From positions 5,441 to 36,993 of the forward strand of contig CAZXLZ010000005.1 in NCBI GenBank assembly GCA_964642045.1: a stretch of 31,553 nucleotides of DNA, given 5' to 3'. The position numbers and the translations under genes were made by a program. Of the stretch, positions 8,009 through 17,427 are shown one piece after another. The notes beneath the pieces are model-generated. The model did not search any database. It had not been told where the DNA came from and was given only the letters and a program-made list of their open reading frames with translations. The DNA comes from an uncultured Clostridiaceae bacterium (GTDB lineage Bacteria; Bacillota; Clostridia; TANB77; CAG-465). Positions within the stretch are counted from its first letter, which is position 1; each line of letters starts with the position of its first letter.

Positions 8009-9625
8009 ATGAATTCTAAGATTATAAATCCATCCCAGTATAAAAAGACAACTAAAGAAAAAAGAGATAAGAAAATAAAGATAACTAATAATAAAATAAG
8101 AAGAGGAAAAGTTAATATATCTACTGAAGATATAGGATTTATAAATTTAAGGACTAATAATCAGTCTAAAAAGAAAAGATTTTTAGGCGGAATAGTAGCA
8201 ATATTTTTTATGTTTGTTATAAGTATAGCTTCTGCTGCAATTTTTAGTATAGAAGAAAGCCCTATAATAAATGTATTTAAATTAAATGAAGGAGAAAAAA
8301 TAAATAAAGATATAGATTTTAAAGTTGCATCAGTTAATTTTGATTATAACAAAAACATACTTTTTAATGAACTAAAATCCTTAAGCTATTCAAGTGTATT
8401 AAAATTTGACGAAGAATATAATATAACATATGATTTGGCAGAATCCGTAGTAAAAGATAATGAACTTTCATATACTATTAAATTTAAAAAGCAAGGTGTA
8501 AATGCTACTGTTAAATCAGAGATTGAAAAAATACTATCTAATAATGCTGATATTTATTATGATGCTATGAAAATAATTAAAGCTTTTAATTTAACTGATA
8601 ATTATACATTAAATATTGAGCTTGCAGTACCTAGCGATTATTTTGTATATTATTTAGATTTCCCAGTTGACGCATCTAGTTTAAATATTAAAAATATGTA
8701 TAATATTTCTGAAGAAGGAGGTATTCTTTCATTTATAAGTAATGAAAAAGATATTTTAAACAAAATTACAATATTAAATTATAACAATAGTTTTGATGTT
8801 ATAGAAAATTTCAAAAATGGTCTAGTTCATATGTTTTTAACAACAAATGAAGATGATATTAAAATGCTCGGTAGGTATGACTATAATGTAAAGAAATATA
8901 GAGATGGTGAAGCATATTTCTTAGTTGGAAGTAAACAGTCTGAGCTTTTCAATATGGATGAAGTAAGAAGTGCTATAGCATATAGCATTGATAGAAATTT
9001 GCTATCAAAAACTATTAGTACATCATTTACAGAGGTAATAGATATACCATATATTTATTCTAACATAAATTATAAATATGATATATATGCAGCTGAAAAT
9101 ATGTTAATTGCAAATTCATGGGTAAAACGTCAAGGAGTATATGTAAAAAGGATTAATAATAGTAAAAATATTACTTTGAGTTTAAGACTTATAGTAAATA
9201 GTGATGATAGTTTAAGATGTAATCTAGCAGATAGCATAAAAGATATGTTAGAAGCAAATGGTATTAAAGTTAGTGTAGAAAAACTAAATGGAGATGTATT
9301 ATTAAATAGGATAAATTCTGGAGATTATGATATAGCTTTAGCAAAAGTAAATATTGGAAAATCACCTGATATTAGCTTCTTATACGACTATGTTTTAATA
9401 AATGACAATTTAAAAGATTTGGCAGATAAGGTTAAAAATTCATCTGTAAGTATGCTTAAAGAAAATATAACTAATTTAAAAAATGCTATATCAGACAGCG
9501 CTGCTATAATAGGTATTAGTGCTAAAAATACATATGTAATAACAAGAAAAGATATAGTAGGCTTTGAGGATATAAGCTACATGAGAATATTTAAAAATAT
9601 ACAAAATTCTGGGAGTATAAATTAG
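8009..9625 (+). CDS. Membrane-anchored solute-binding-protein family 5 (OppA/DppA-like) protein. It has a ~60-aa basic cytoplasmic N-tail, one TM helix and a ~460-aa extracytoplasmic domain. It is an orphan: no ABC permease or ATPase genes are adjacent.
   Basis: The N-terminus is Lys/Arg-rich (KKTTKEKRDKKIKITNNKIRRGK ... KKKRF). It is followed by the TM helix GGIVAIFFMFVISIASAAIFSI. The segment DEVRSAIAYSIDRNLLSKTI matches the SBP_bac_5 signature (VRQAIAYAIDR..I). The remainder is divergent. RBS ggtggtgag precedes the ATG. Confidence 0.55.
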   Translation: MNSKIINPSQYKKTTKEKRDKKIKITNNKIRRGKVNISTEDIGFINLRTNNQSKKKRFLGGIVAIFFMFVISIASAAIFSIEESPIINVFKLNEGEKINKDIDFKVASVNFDYNKNILFNELKSLSYSSVLKFDEEYNITYDLAESVVKDNELSYTIKFKKQGVNATVKSEIEKILSNNADIYYDAMKIIKAFNLTDNYTLNIELAVPSDYFVYYLDFPVDASSLNIKNMYNISEEGGILSFISNEKDILNKITILNYNNSFDVIENFKNGLVHMFLTTNEDDIKMLGRYDYNVKKYRDGEAYFLVGSKQSELFNMDEVRSAIAYSIDRNLLSKTISTSFTEVIDIPYIYSNINYKYDIYAAENMLIANSWVKRQGVYVKRINNSKNITLSLRLIVNSDDSLRCNLADSIKDMLEANGIKVSVEKLNGDVLLNRINSGDYDIALAKVNIGKSPDISFLYDYVLINDNLKDLADKVKNSSVSMLKENITNLKNAISDSAAIIGISAKNTYVITRKDIVGFEDISYMRIFKNIQNSGSIN

Positions 9626-9633
9626 AATATAAA

Positions 9634-9674
9634 CAAACAACATAACAAGAAATTTTCTTGTTATGTTGTTTTGA
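9634..9674. terminator. Bidirectional intrinsic terminator between the convergent genes 8009-9625(+) and 9686-10297(-)
   Basis: Long AT-rich inverted repeat aacaacataacaagaaa-tt-ttcttgttatgttgtt followed by ttttg. Confidence 0.55.
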
Positions 9675-9685
9675 TAATTTAGTTA

Positions 9686-10297
9686 TTAAAAATACCCAAA
9701 AGACCATAAAAACTTTTTGTCATCATATCCTAAAAATTCAATTTTGTACTTTTTGAAGAAGGTTTTTATCACTTTATTTTCTTGCTCTGAAAGTGATCTT
9801 ATTTTAGCATCAATATATTTAACGTTTACTATTTTTTTATCCTCTCCTTTATTAGATATTGTAATATCTCCACTTTCTAATGCAGGAATAAGAAAGTTAT
9901 TACATATGCTAATAAGGTAACCTTTGCGCTCCTTGAGTCTTACTTTTAACTCCTTTTCAAATTTACACAGCCTCTTTTGAACTGTAGTTTGCGGCCTTTT
10001 AGTGTCAAAAGGCGGAACTGTTAAAATAAATTTTTCAGAATGTTTAATAAAATCATAGATGAAACCTAAATCAGAGCAAACATCTTCAAAATTAGGGATT
10101 AATAGGAAGACACAAGAATTGGAAACTTCTAGCTTAGAAAAAGGAATTGTGAGTTTTAAGCACCTTTTTAGTTCATCTTCAAAAAGTCCTAAAAGTTGCT
10201 GTTTAGCATTCTTAAATGATTCTTTCTTGTTTAATTCTTCTTCCATCTCTATTCTAGAGATATTATTTTTAATCTTACTTTTTAAAGTTTGGGACAT
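9686..10297 (-). CDS. Hypothetical protein (~203 aa), no family recognised. Charged and helical at the N-terminus, mixed alpha/beta thereafter.
   Basis: Minus-strand ORF with RBS aaaggagga. The ORF-track ATG abuts the RBS directly. The second ATG (MSQTLKS...), 6 nt downstream, is the likelier start, hence the end coordinate 10297. Good coding periodicity. It converges with the 8009 gene at a shared terminator. Confidence 0.6.
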   Translation of the reverse strand: MSQTLKSKIKNNISRIEMEEELNKKESFKNAKQQLLGLFEDELKRCLKLTIPFSKLEVSNSCVFLLIPNFEDVCSDLGFIYDFIKHSEKFILTVPPFDTKRPQTTVQKRLCKFEKELKVRLKERKGYLISICNNFLIPALESGDITISNKGEDKKIVNVKYIDAKIRSLSEQENKVIKTFFKKYKIEFLGYDDKKFLWSFGYF

Positions 10298-10541
10298 ATT
10301 CATCCTCCTTTTTAGGAAAATATTGTTTTATACTAGCACATAAATTATACCACAATATACATAAAAAGTAAACATAAAAATAAGTTTGCTTATATATTTT
10401 ATATAAATAAGACTAAAAAACTTTACATAACACAAATATTATGATATAATAACGCCAGAGTTTTATTATAATATCGTGTTAAAAAGTAGTTAGTAATAAG
10501 TGTTGGTAAAAAATAATAAACAATTTGGAGGAAATGAAGAT

Positions 10542-12287
10542 ATGCCTGAAGATTTTATTTCTAACCTCATTCCAATTATTACCATTGCGGCAGGTGTTAT
10601 TATTGCTATTATAGTAATTGTTCTTGCTTTTAAGAAAATGTATAGGGTAGTTGACATCGACAAGGTGCTCATTATTACTGGTGGTAAACAACCTAAGATA
10701 ATTATATCTGGTGGTGCTTTTGTAATTCCTATCATCAGGAAGGCTGATACGTTTGACTTATGTATGCTTACTGTTTCTGCAGATAAGGATGAAATTATGA
10801 CATGTACTGCTGTTCCAATTGTTGCTGACTGGACTGCTCAGATTCGTCCAGATGTAAAGGACGAAGCAAAACTTAAGACTGCGATTATCTCTTTTAAAGA
10901 AAGGGGTACAGATGGAATTAAGAAAGATGTACAGCTTACCCTTATGGGAGCAGTTCGTGATGTTGTTGCTTCAATGACGCCAGAACAAATTCTTAAGGAT
11001 AAAGAGACATTTAAACAGGCAGTTCAAGATAGCGTTGCTGATGAGATGTCTAACATGGGTCTTGAACTTGTATCTCTTAATATTCAGGATGTTACTGATA
11101 ATAATGGATACTATGAAAATATTGCATCTATTGATGCCGCTGAAAAGCAGCAAGCAGCTGATATTAAAGCAGCAGAAGTAGATCGCATTACCCGTGAGAA
11201 ACAAGCAACAGAAAGACAGGCGGCAGAGATTGCTGAAGCGAATGCAACACGTGAGGCTCAGATTGCAAGAATGGATGCAGAGCAGGCCGAGAAAGAAAAG
11301 CGTAAAGAAACTGACATGAAACTTGCTCAGTTTAAAATTGAAACTGATACTGCAAATGCCAATGCAGAGGTTGCTATGGAGCTTCAAACAACCATTCGCC
11401 AGCAAGAAATAGAGCAGCGTAGAGGTGCAGTTGAGATAACCAAGCAGGAACAAGCAAACCTTGCTGCACAGAAAGAGCGGGAAGTTATGATTACCCGTGC
11501 TGAGGCTGAAAAAGAGACTCAGCGTGTAAATGCTGAGGCTATAGCTAATGTTAAGACTATTGAGGCAGATGCTGCTATTAAGGTTGAAGAGCGTAAGGCA
11601 GATGCGTTGAGGAAAGCTGCCCAAGGTCAGGCAGATGTAGAAAAGACAAAAGCTGAAGCACGTATGAAAGTTGCAGAGCAAGATGCTGAAGCTATTAAAA
11701 AGACTGCAAATGCAAACGCAGATAAGCTTCGTTTTGAAGGTACGGCAGAAGCTGATGTTACCAAGGCTAAAGCGCAAGCAGAGGCTGAAGGTAAAAAAGC
11801 TGAACTGCTTGCAGAAGCTGAGGGTATCAAAGCCAAGCAGCTTGCAGAAGCTGAGGGTATCAAAGCCAAGAAGCTTGCAGAGGCAGAAGGTGAAAGAGCA
11901 CTCGCAGAGGCGCGTGCTGCAAACGACAAGGTAAACTTTGAGATCGAGAAAATAAAAATTGAAACTAGTGCTCAAGTTGAAATTGCAACATCTGCTGCTA
12001 AAATTATGGCTGATATTGGTAAAAATGCAGAATTTATCAATATCGGTGGAGGAAATATTCCCGGTAGTTTAAATGGCTCTGGCTCCGGAAATGTGTTTAT
12101 GGATACAATTAGTCAGATTCCTGCACTGATGAAAGTTCTAAATGTCCAAAATGAGGCTCTGAATGGTCAGTCATTTTCAGAAGGGGTTAAGGAATTTTCA
12201 AATGCTACTTTCTCTGGCCTTTCAGCGCTTAGAAAGGAAGATGGAGAAGTAGAAGATAGAGAAGTAAAGGGTGAAAGCGAAGAATAA
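10542..12287 (+). CDS. floT: Flotillin / SPFH (band-7) domain protein, FloT/YuaG-like. It has an N-terminal TM anchor, an SPFH domain and a long Ala/Glu/Lys-rich coiled-coil with tandem repeats.
   Basis: TM anchor LIPIITIAAGVIIAIIVIVLAF. SPFH-type core (VVDIDKVLIITGG ... VPIVADWTAQIRPD ...). The flotillin-like repeat region reads ...AEAEGKKAELLAEAEGIKAKQLAEAEGIKAKKLAEAEGERALAEA. The start is assigned to the ATG at 10542, which has a GGAGG RBS 10 nt upstream. The ORF-track GTG at 10500 has no RBS. Confidence 0.85.
   Translation: MPEDFISNLIPIITIAAGVIIAIIVIVLAFKKMYRVVDIDKVLIITGGKQPKIIISGGAFVIPIIRKADTFDLCMLTVSADKDEIMTCTAVPIVADWTAQIRPDVKDEAKLKTAIISFKERGTDGIKKDVQLTLMGAVRDVVASMTPEQILKDKETFKQAVQDSVADEMSNMGLELVSLNIQDVTDNNGYYENIASIDAAEKQQAADIKAAEVDRITREKQATERQAAEIAEANATREAQIARMDAEQAEKEKRKETDMKLAQFKIETDTANANAEVAMELQTTIRQQEIEQRRGAVEITKQEQANLAAQKEREVMITRAEAEKETQRVNAEAIANVKTIEADAAIKVEERKADALRKAAQGQADVEKTKAEARMKVAEQDAEAIKKTANANADKLRFEGTAEADVTKAKAQAEAEGKKAELLAEAEGIKAKQLAEAEGIKAKKLAEAEGERALAEARAANDKVNFEIEKIKIETSAQVEIATSAAKIMADIGKNAEFINIGGGNIPGSLNGSGSGNVFMDTISQIPALMKVLNVQNEALNGQSFSEGVKEFSNATFSGLSALRKEDGEVEDREVKGESEE
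11808..11894 (+). repeat. Tandem 33-bp repeat (cttgcagaagctgagggtatcaaagccaagcag, ~2.6 copies) inside the flotillin coiled-coil, encoding LAEAEGIKAKQ/K
   Basis: Copies at 11808-11840 and 11841-11873 (1 mismatch), with a diverged partial copy at 11874-11894. Confidence 0.8.
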
Positions 12288-12377
12288 AAAATAAATTACA
12301 ATAAGACTCTACTACTCAAGCGTTCTAACACTTAACTAACTCTTTTTTATCACACATTCAAAAATACGAGTTATACA

Positions 12378-12416
12378 AAAAAAGTGATCATTAAAAAATG
12401 GTCACTTTTTATTTTG
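12378..12416 (+). terminator. Intrinsic terminator after the flotillin gene
   Basis: Stem aaaagtgatca / tggtcactttt with an AT loop, followed by tatttt. Confidence 0.5.
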
Positions 12417-12452
12417 ACAAGAAAACATATACTTACATATTTGCTCATTTTC

Positions 12453-12481
12453 TTGACTTTATCTATATTTTTGTATATAAT
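12453..12481 (+). promoter_or_regulatory. Sigma-A promoter for pta-ackA: TTGACT-N17-TATAAT
   Basis: -35 TTGACT at 12453-12458, a 17-nt spacer, and -10 TATAAT at 12476-12481. It lies ~20 nt upstream of RBS gaggtg and the pta ATG at 12500. Confidence 0.6.
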
Positions 12482-12499
12482 TATATCGAGGTGAAACTT

Positions 12500-13513
12500 A
12501 TGGAATTTAGCGCTTTTACAGCTGAAATAATTGCTAGAGCTAAAGAAAATAAAAAGAAAATAGTTCTTCCTGAGGCATCAGACCTTAGAGTGCTTAAGGC
12601 AGCTGATTATCTATCAAAGGAAGATATAGCTGATATAATACTTATTGGAAGTTTAGAGGAAATAGAATTTTTATGTAAGGCAAACGAAATTAATCTTGAT
12701 TTAGAAAAAATTACAGTAGAAAATCCACTTATTAGTGATAAAAGAGATTTTTATATAAATGCACTTTTTGAGCTAAGAAAGAATAAAGGACTTTCTATGA
12801 TTGAGGCAATGGAGCTTATAAATGATAATATATATTTTGGAGCAATGATGGTAAAAGTTGGAGATGCAGATGGTATGGTAAGTGGAGCTATACATTCAAC
12901 AGCAGATACTTTAAGGCCAGCACTTCAAATAATAAAGGCAGCAGATGGAATACAATCTGTATCATCATTTATGCTTATGGATATACCAGGATGTGATCTT
13001 GAATCAAATGGAAGATATGTATTTTCTGATTGTGGACTTTTAGAAAATCCTAATGTATCACAGCTAGCAGATATTACTATTGCTGCAGCTCAAAGTTACA
13101 AAAAATTTATTGGAGATGAGCCAAAGGTTGCACTTCTTTCATATTCTACATATGATAGTGCAAAATCTGAAGCTGTGGATAAGATAAAAAATACATTGGA
13201 ACTTTTAAAAGAAACAAAGGTAGATTTTGATGTTGATGGAGAGCTTCAACTTGATGCGGCAATAATACCAGAAGTAGCTGCTGTTAAAGCTCCAAATTCT
13301 ACTGTTGCAGGTCATGCAAATGTGCTTATATTCCCAAATATAGAAGCAGGGAATATTGGATATAAACTTGTTCAAAGATTTGCTCATGCAACGGCTATTG
13401 GCCCAATAGCTCAGGGCTTAGCTAAACCAGTAAATGATCTATCAAGAGGGGCAAGTGTTGAGGAAATTATAGGAACAGTAGTAGTAACTTGTATTCAAGC
13501 AAATCAAGATTAA
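12500..13513 (+). CDS. pta: Phosphate acetyltransferase
   Basis: 337 aa. The N-terminus MEFSAFTAEIIARAKENKKKIVLPEASDLRVLKAA matches the Pta family. The gene lies directly upstream of ackA. The ORF-track start at 12398 adds 34 aa spanning the upstream terminator and promoter and was rejected. Confidence 0.9.
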   Translation: MEFSAFTAEIIARAKENKKKIVLPEASDLRVLKAADYLSKEDIADIILIGSLEEIEFLCKANEINLDLEKITVENPLISDKRDFYINALFELRKNKGLSMIEAMELINDNIYFGAMMVKVGDADGMVSGAIHSTADTLRPALQIIKAADGIQSVSSFMLMDIPGCDLESNGRYVFSDCGLLENPNVSQLADITIAAAQSYKKFIGDEPKVALLSYSTYDSAKSEAVDKIKNTLELLKETKVDFDVDGELQLDAAIIPEVAAVKAPNSTVAGHANVLIFPNIEAGNIGYKLVQRFAHATAIGPIAQGLAKPVNDLSRGASVEEIIGTVVVTCIQANQD

Positions 13514-13530
13514 TAATTCAGGAGGTATAT

Positions 13531-14745
13531 ATGAAAATTTTAGTTATAAATTGTGGTAGTTCTACTATAAAATATCAGCTATATGATATGGAAAAATCGT
13601 TAGTTATGGCAAAAGGAAGATGTGATAAAATTGGTCTTGAATCTTCAAACATGCTATATAAAAATTTAGTTAAAAACGTAGGATTAGATGAAGTTCCAAC
13701 CAAGATGAAGAATCACAAAGAAGCAGTAATGGAGTTAATTAAAGTACTCACTGATAGTGAGATAGGAGTTATAAAATCATTTGATGAAATTTCTGCTGTA
13801 GGACATAGAGTTGTGCAAGGTGGCGATATATTTAAAGAAGCTACTTTAATAGATGAAGATGTAATGAAAAAAATAGATATGCTATCTGAGTTTGCACCAC
13901 TTCATAATCCTGGTGCACTTATGGGAATAAATGCGATGATTGATATAAATAAGGATATGGTAAATGTTGCTGTATTTGACACAGCATTTCACCAAACTAT
14001 TCCAGAGTATAACTATAGATATGCCATAAAAGAGGAATACTATACTAAGTATAAAATACGTAAATATGGGGCTCATGGAACATCTTATTTATATATACTA
14101 AATAGATTAGAAGAATTATTAAAAAAGCCTAAAAAAGAAATAAATGCTATAGTTTGTCATTTAGGCTCAGGAGCAAGCGTTTGTGCTATAAAAGATGGCA
14201 AATCTTATGACACATCAATGGGATTTACTCCACTTGAAGGATTAATGATGGAAACAAGATGTGGTGATATAGATGCTGCTGCTGTAACTAAAATTATGGA
14301 AAAAGAAAATTTGTCTCCAAAAGAAGTAGAAACAGTTTTAAACAAAGAATGTGGAAGACTTGGAGTTTGCGGTATTCCAGATGAAAGACTTCTTATAGAG
14401 GCAGCCAAAAATGGTAATGAAAAAGCAGAGCTTGCAAGAAAAATGCAAACTACTAGAACTAAAAAATACATTGGAGCTTATATGGCTGAGCTAAACTTTG
14501 TAGATGCTATTGTATTTACTGGAGGAGTTGGAGAAAACAATCCTTGTGAGAGAGAAAGAACAATAAGCAATATGGAAAATCTAGGTATAATTTTAGATGA
14601 TGAAAGAAATAATAATGCAAGAAAAGAAGCAACTTTAATTTCTAAAGATACATCTAAAATAAAAGTATTTATGATACCTACAGATGAGGAGCTTGAAATT
14701 GCTAAAGAAACAAGAGAAATATATTTAAAAGTTAAAGGAATGTAA
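13531..14745 (+). CDS. ackA: Acetate kinase
   Basis: The N-terminus MKILVINCGSSTIKYQL is the canonical AckA start. Later motifs include AVGHRVVQGG and VFDTAFHQTIP. RBS aggagg lies 6 nt before the ATG at 13531. Confidence 0.92.
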   Translation: MKILVINCGSSTIKYQLYDMEKSLVMAKGRCDKIGLESSNMLYKNLVKNVGLDEVPTKMKNHKEAVMELIKVLTDSEIGVIKSFDEISAVGHRVVQGGDIFKEATLIDEDVMKKIDMLSEFAPLHNPGALMGINAMIDINKDMVNVAVFDTAFHQTIPEYNYRYAIKEEYYTKYKIRKYGAHGTSYLYILNRLEELLKKPKKEINAIVCHLGSGASVCAIKDGKSYDTSMGFTPLEGLMMETRCGDIDAAAVTKIMEKENLSPKEVETVLNKECGRLGVCGIPDERLLIEAAKNGNEKAELARKMQTTRTKKYIGAYMAELNFVDAIVFTGGVGENNPCERERTISNMENLGIILDDERNNNARKEATLISKDTSKIKVFMIPTDEELEIAKETREIYLKVKGM

Positions 14746-15972
14746 ATGGAAAATAAGAATATATTAAAAATCCAAAGTCTTTTAAAAAAATATAACACAA
14801 AATTATGGATTTTAGTTAATAAAGATAATAATGATAAAATATTTTGTAAATATATATCTAAAAACTTATATACAAAATCAATAATGTTTATTTTTGAGAG
14901 TAAAGCAATGCTTTTAATAAATATTCAAGATAAAGATAACATGGATGTAAAAGAGCTTATAAAATCAGGTGTTAAAGTATATGTATATTCTAGCGAAGAA
15001 GAAAAAATAGACATTATTGAAGAAATAATATGTTCAAATGAGTATGTAAATAAAATTTCATTTTCATATTCTACTATGTCTGATAAAGATACAGATATAA
15101 TATTAAGCACAGATCTTAAAAAATATAAGTATATTTTAAGAAAAATTTACAGAAAATATCATAAGAAGGTAAGTTTTTCATCAAGTGAAAAAATAGTATA
15201 TAGCCTTATATCTGAAAATTCTGAAAAAAACTTAAATAGAATAAAACTTGCATGCAAAATAACAGAAGAGATTCTTGAAAAATCTATGAGTGATATATCT
15301 ATAGGAATGTCTGAACTTGATATTTCAGATATTGTAATTAATTCTATGAAGATTATATCTAAAAGATATATAGACGGTGAAATAATAAAGATTGATGTTG
15401 CTTGGGAGGGTTGCCCTTTCGTACTTGCAGGACAAAATCTTAGTTTAAATGGTCATACTCCGCCAAGCACTAATATTTTAAGAAAAGGTGACTTGTTAAG
15501 CATAGACTTTGGTATAAAGGCAATTTTTTCAGATGGAAAGAAAGTATATTCAGATATGCAGAGGATGGGGTACGCTTCTAAAAGTAATGAAAAAGAAGTG
15601 CCAAGAAATATTAGAGCAATTTTTGATACTTTAAAAAATGCAATAGATGATACTCTCGATTATATGAAACCTGATGTAAAAGGATATGTTATAGATACTA
15701 AGCTTAGAGAAAAAATTTCAAATTCAGGATATCCTTTATATACTCATGCATCAGGGCATCCTGTTGGAAATAGAGTACATGCCTCAGGAGCGATTATAGG
15801 TTCAAAACTTGAACCAAGAGCTGGGCTAGGACTTGTAGAGACTGGAGTGTATACTTTAGAGCCTAGAATAGCACTTCCAAATGGTGCATCTATTGAAGAA
15901 ATGATAGAAGTTACAAAATATGGAGGTATTCCTATATATAAACTTCAAAAAGAACTTTATATTATAAAATAA
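14746..15972 (+). CDS. M24-family metallopeptidase (Xaa-Pro aminopeptidase / creatinase fold)
   Basis: C-terminal pita-bread domain motifs: HASGHPVGNRVHASGAIIG and the LEP/IEEMIEVT acidic metal-ligand region. ~408 aa. The start ATG directly abuts the ackA stop. Confidence 0.75.
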   Translation: MENKNILKIQSLLKKYNTKLWILVNKDNNDKIFCKYISKNLYTKSIMFIFESKAMLLINIQDKDNMDVKELIKSGVKVYVYSSEEEKIDIIEEIICSNEYVNKISFSYSTMSDKDTDIILSTDLKKYKYILRKIYRKYHKKVSFSSSEKIVYSLISENSEKNLNRIKLACKITEEILEKSMSDISIGMSELDISDIVINSMKIISKRYIDGEIIKIDVAWEGCPFVLAGQNLSLNGHTPPSTNILRKGDLLSIDFGIKAIFSDGKKVYSDMQRMGYASKSNEKEVPRNIRAIFDTLKNAIDDTLDYMKPDVKGYVIDTKLREKISNSGYPLYTHASGHPVGNRVHASGAIIGSKLEPRAGLGLVETGVYTLEPRIALPNGASIEEMIEVTKYGGIPIYKLQKELYIIK

Positions 15973-15993
15973 ATATATTGAAAGGGTTGGTAG

Positions 15994-17382
15994 ATGATGG
16001 ATTTAAAATATGAGAAAAAAGATGTTTGTGAATTATTAAGTGATGCAAGCAAAAAGGAAATGAATAGTTATATAGATGGATATATGAAATTTATTGATTA
16101 TTCTAGAACTGAGTACAAAGCGGCAGAGTATATAGTAGATGTATTAGAAAAAAATGGATTTAAAAATATAGATACTTGTAAATCATTAAAGAAAGATGAT
16201 AAAGTATATTTTGTAAATAATGAAAAATCTGTATATGCTGCAGTAATAGGAAAAGATGGTATGGCAAATGGAGTTAACATTGTTGGAGCACATATTGATA
16301 GCCCTAGAATTGATTTAAAACCTATGCCAATTTATGAAAATAAAAATGCATGTCTTTTAAAAACTCAGTATTATGGTGGAATTAAGAAGTATCAATGGAC
16401 TACAATACCTCTTGCTATGTATGGCGTTATATATAATGAAAAAGGCGAAAAAATAGATATAGAGATAGGAAATAAGGAAAAAGATCCTTGCTTTACTATA
16501 ACAGACCTTTTGCCACACCTAGCTAAAGATCAAATGAAAGCAAATGCAAATGAATTTATAGATCCTGAAAAAATGTCAGTACTTTTTGGTAGTGTAAAAG
16601 CATTAGACGAAAAAGAGAAAGAAAATAAAACTATAAAGCAAAATATACTTAAAATATTAAATAAGAAGTATGGCATAAAAGAGATAGATTTTGGAAGAAG
16701 TGAAATATCTTTTGTTCCAGCATTTGGACCAAGATATGTTGGAATAGATGAAAGTATGATAGGTTCTTATGGTCAAGACGATAGATGCTGCGCATATTCT
16801 ACGCTCGAGGCAATTATTAAATGTAAATCACTAGAAAAAACTGCTGTTGCGATGTTTGTTGATAAAGAAGAAATAGGTAGTGTTGGTAATACTTCTATGA
16901 GTTCTAACATATTTGATATGTTTATGAAGAAACTCCTAAAATTAAATAAAGAAGAAATAGATTTATTAGAAGTATATTATAAATCAGATATGCTTTCTGC
17001 TGATGTATCAACATGTATAGATCCATGTTATGAAGAATTTTCTGATATTCAAAATGGTAATATGCTAGGATGTGGAGTAGCACTTGAAAAATATACAGGA
17101 AGTGGTGGAAAGTATAATGCAAGTGATGCAAATGCTAAATATGTATCAAAAGTTATGAGTGTTTTTGAAAATGAAAAAGTTGTATTTCAATTTGGTACAC
17201 TAGGTAAAATTGAAAAAGGTGGAGGAGGTACAATTGCATATATATTAGCTGAAAAAGGAGTAAATGTAATAGATTGTGGAACTCCTATACTTTGCATGCA
17301 TTCTCCATTTGAAATTGCTTCAATAAGGGATTTATATATGACATATAAAGCATATGAAGCATTTATTAATAAAAATATATAA
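15994..17382 (+). CDS. M18-family zinc aminopeptidase (aminopeptidase 1 / aspartyl-aminopeptidase-like)
   Basis: 462 aa. It has GAHIDSPRIDLKP (the GAHTDSP signature of the M18/M42 clan), a downstream DDRCCAYSTLEA (the aspartate/glutamate metal-ligand region) and C-terminal GTPILCMHSPFE. Confidence 0.8.
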   Translation: MMDLKYEKKDVCELLSDASKKEMNSYIDGYMKFIDYSRTEYKAAEYIVDVLEKNGFKNIDTCKSLKKDDKVYFVNNEKSVYAAVIGKDGMANGVNIVGAHIDSPRIDLKPMPIYENKNACLLKTQYYGGIKKYQWTTIPLAMYGVIYNEKGEKIDIEIGNKEKDPCFTITDLLPHLAKDQMKANANEFIDPEKMSVLFGSVKALDEKEKENKTIKQNILKILNKKYGIKEIDFGRSEISFVPAFGPRYVGIDESMIGSYGQDDRCCAYSTLEAIIKCKSLEKTAVAMFVDKEEIGSVGNTSMSSNIFDMFMKKLLKLNKEEIDLLEVYYKSDMLSADVSTCIDPCYEEFSDIQNGNMLGCGVALEKYTGSGGKYNASDANAKYVSKVMSVFENEKVVFQFGTLGKIEKGGGGTIAYILAEKGVNVIDCGTPILCMHSPFEIASIRDLYMTYKAYEAFINKNI

Positions 17383-17394
17383 TAATATAAAATG

Positions 17395-17427
17395 TCCTAA
17401 AGTTAAATCTTTAGGATCTTTTTTTTG
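17395..17427 (+). terminator. Rho-independent terminator closing the pta-ackA-peptidase operon
   Basis: Stem tcctaaag / ctttagga (8 bp) with loop ttaaat, followed by tcttttttttg. Confidence 0.7.

Noticed and set aside
10059-10343. 94-aa plus-strand ORF antisense to the 9686-10297 gene. The other short ORF-track entries embedded antisense in larger genes are of the same kind: 2434..2664, 3491..3694, 3974..4234, 6371..6634, 9717..9920, 13205..13387, 13882..14076, 14205..14798, 14925..15110, 16098..16280, 16922..17131, 20004..20372, 21561..21749, 24130..24315, 24985..25188, 27916..28434, 29029..29217, 30477..30707.
   Set aside because: All are embedded in, and antisense or out of frame to, well-supported longer genes. 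None has an RBS and all have hydrophobic low-complexity translations, as expected for AT-rich DNA.
10971-11975. Long minus-strand ORFs (334 aa and 100 aa) plus a plus-strand out-of-frame 87-aa ORF (11671..11934) inside the flotillin gene
   Set aside because: They lie entirely within the GC-richer Ala/Glu-repeat coding region of the flotillin. The antisense of GCA/GAA/GCT-rich repeats is naturally stop-free. The translations are low-complexity Cys/Ser/Leu strings with no RBS. These are codon-composition artefacts.
12398-12499. N-terminal 34-aa extension of pta suggested by the ORF track
   Set aside because: The extension spans the upstream terminator and the TTGACT-N17-TATAAT promoter. The ATG at 12500 has a proper RBS and yields the canonical Pta N-terminus.
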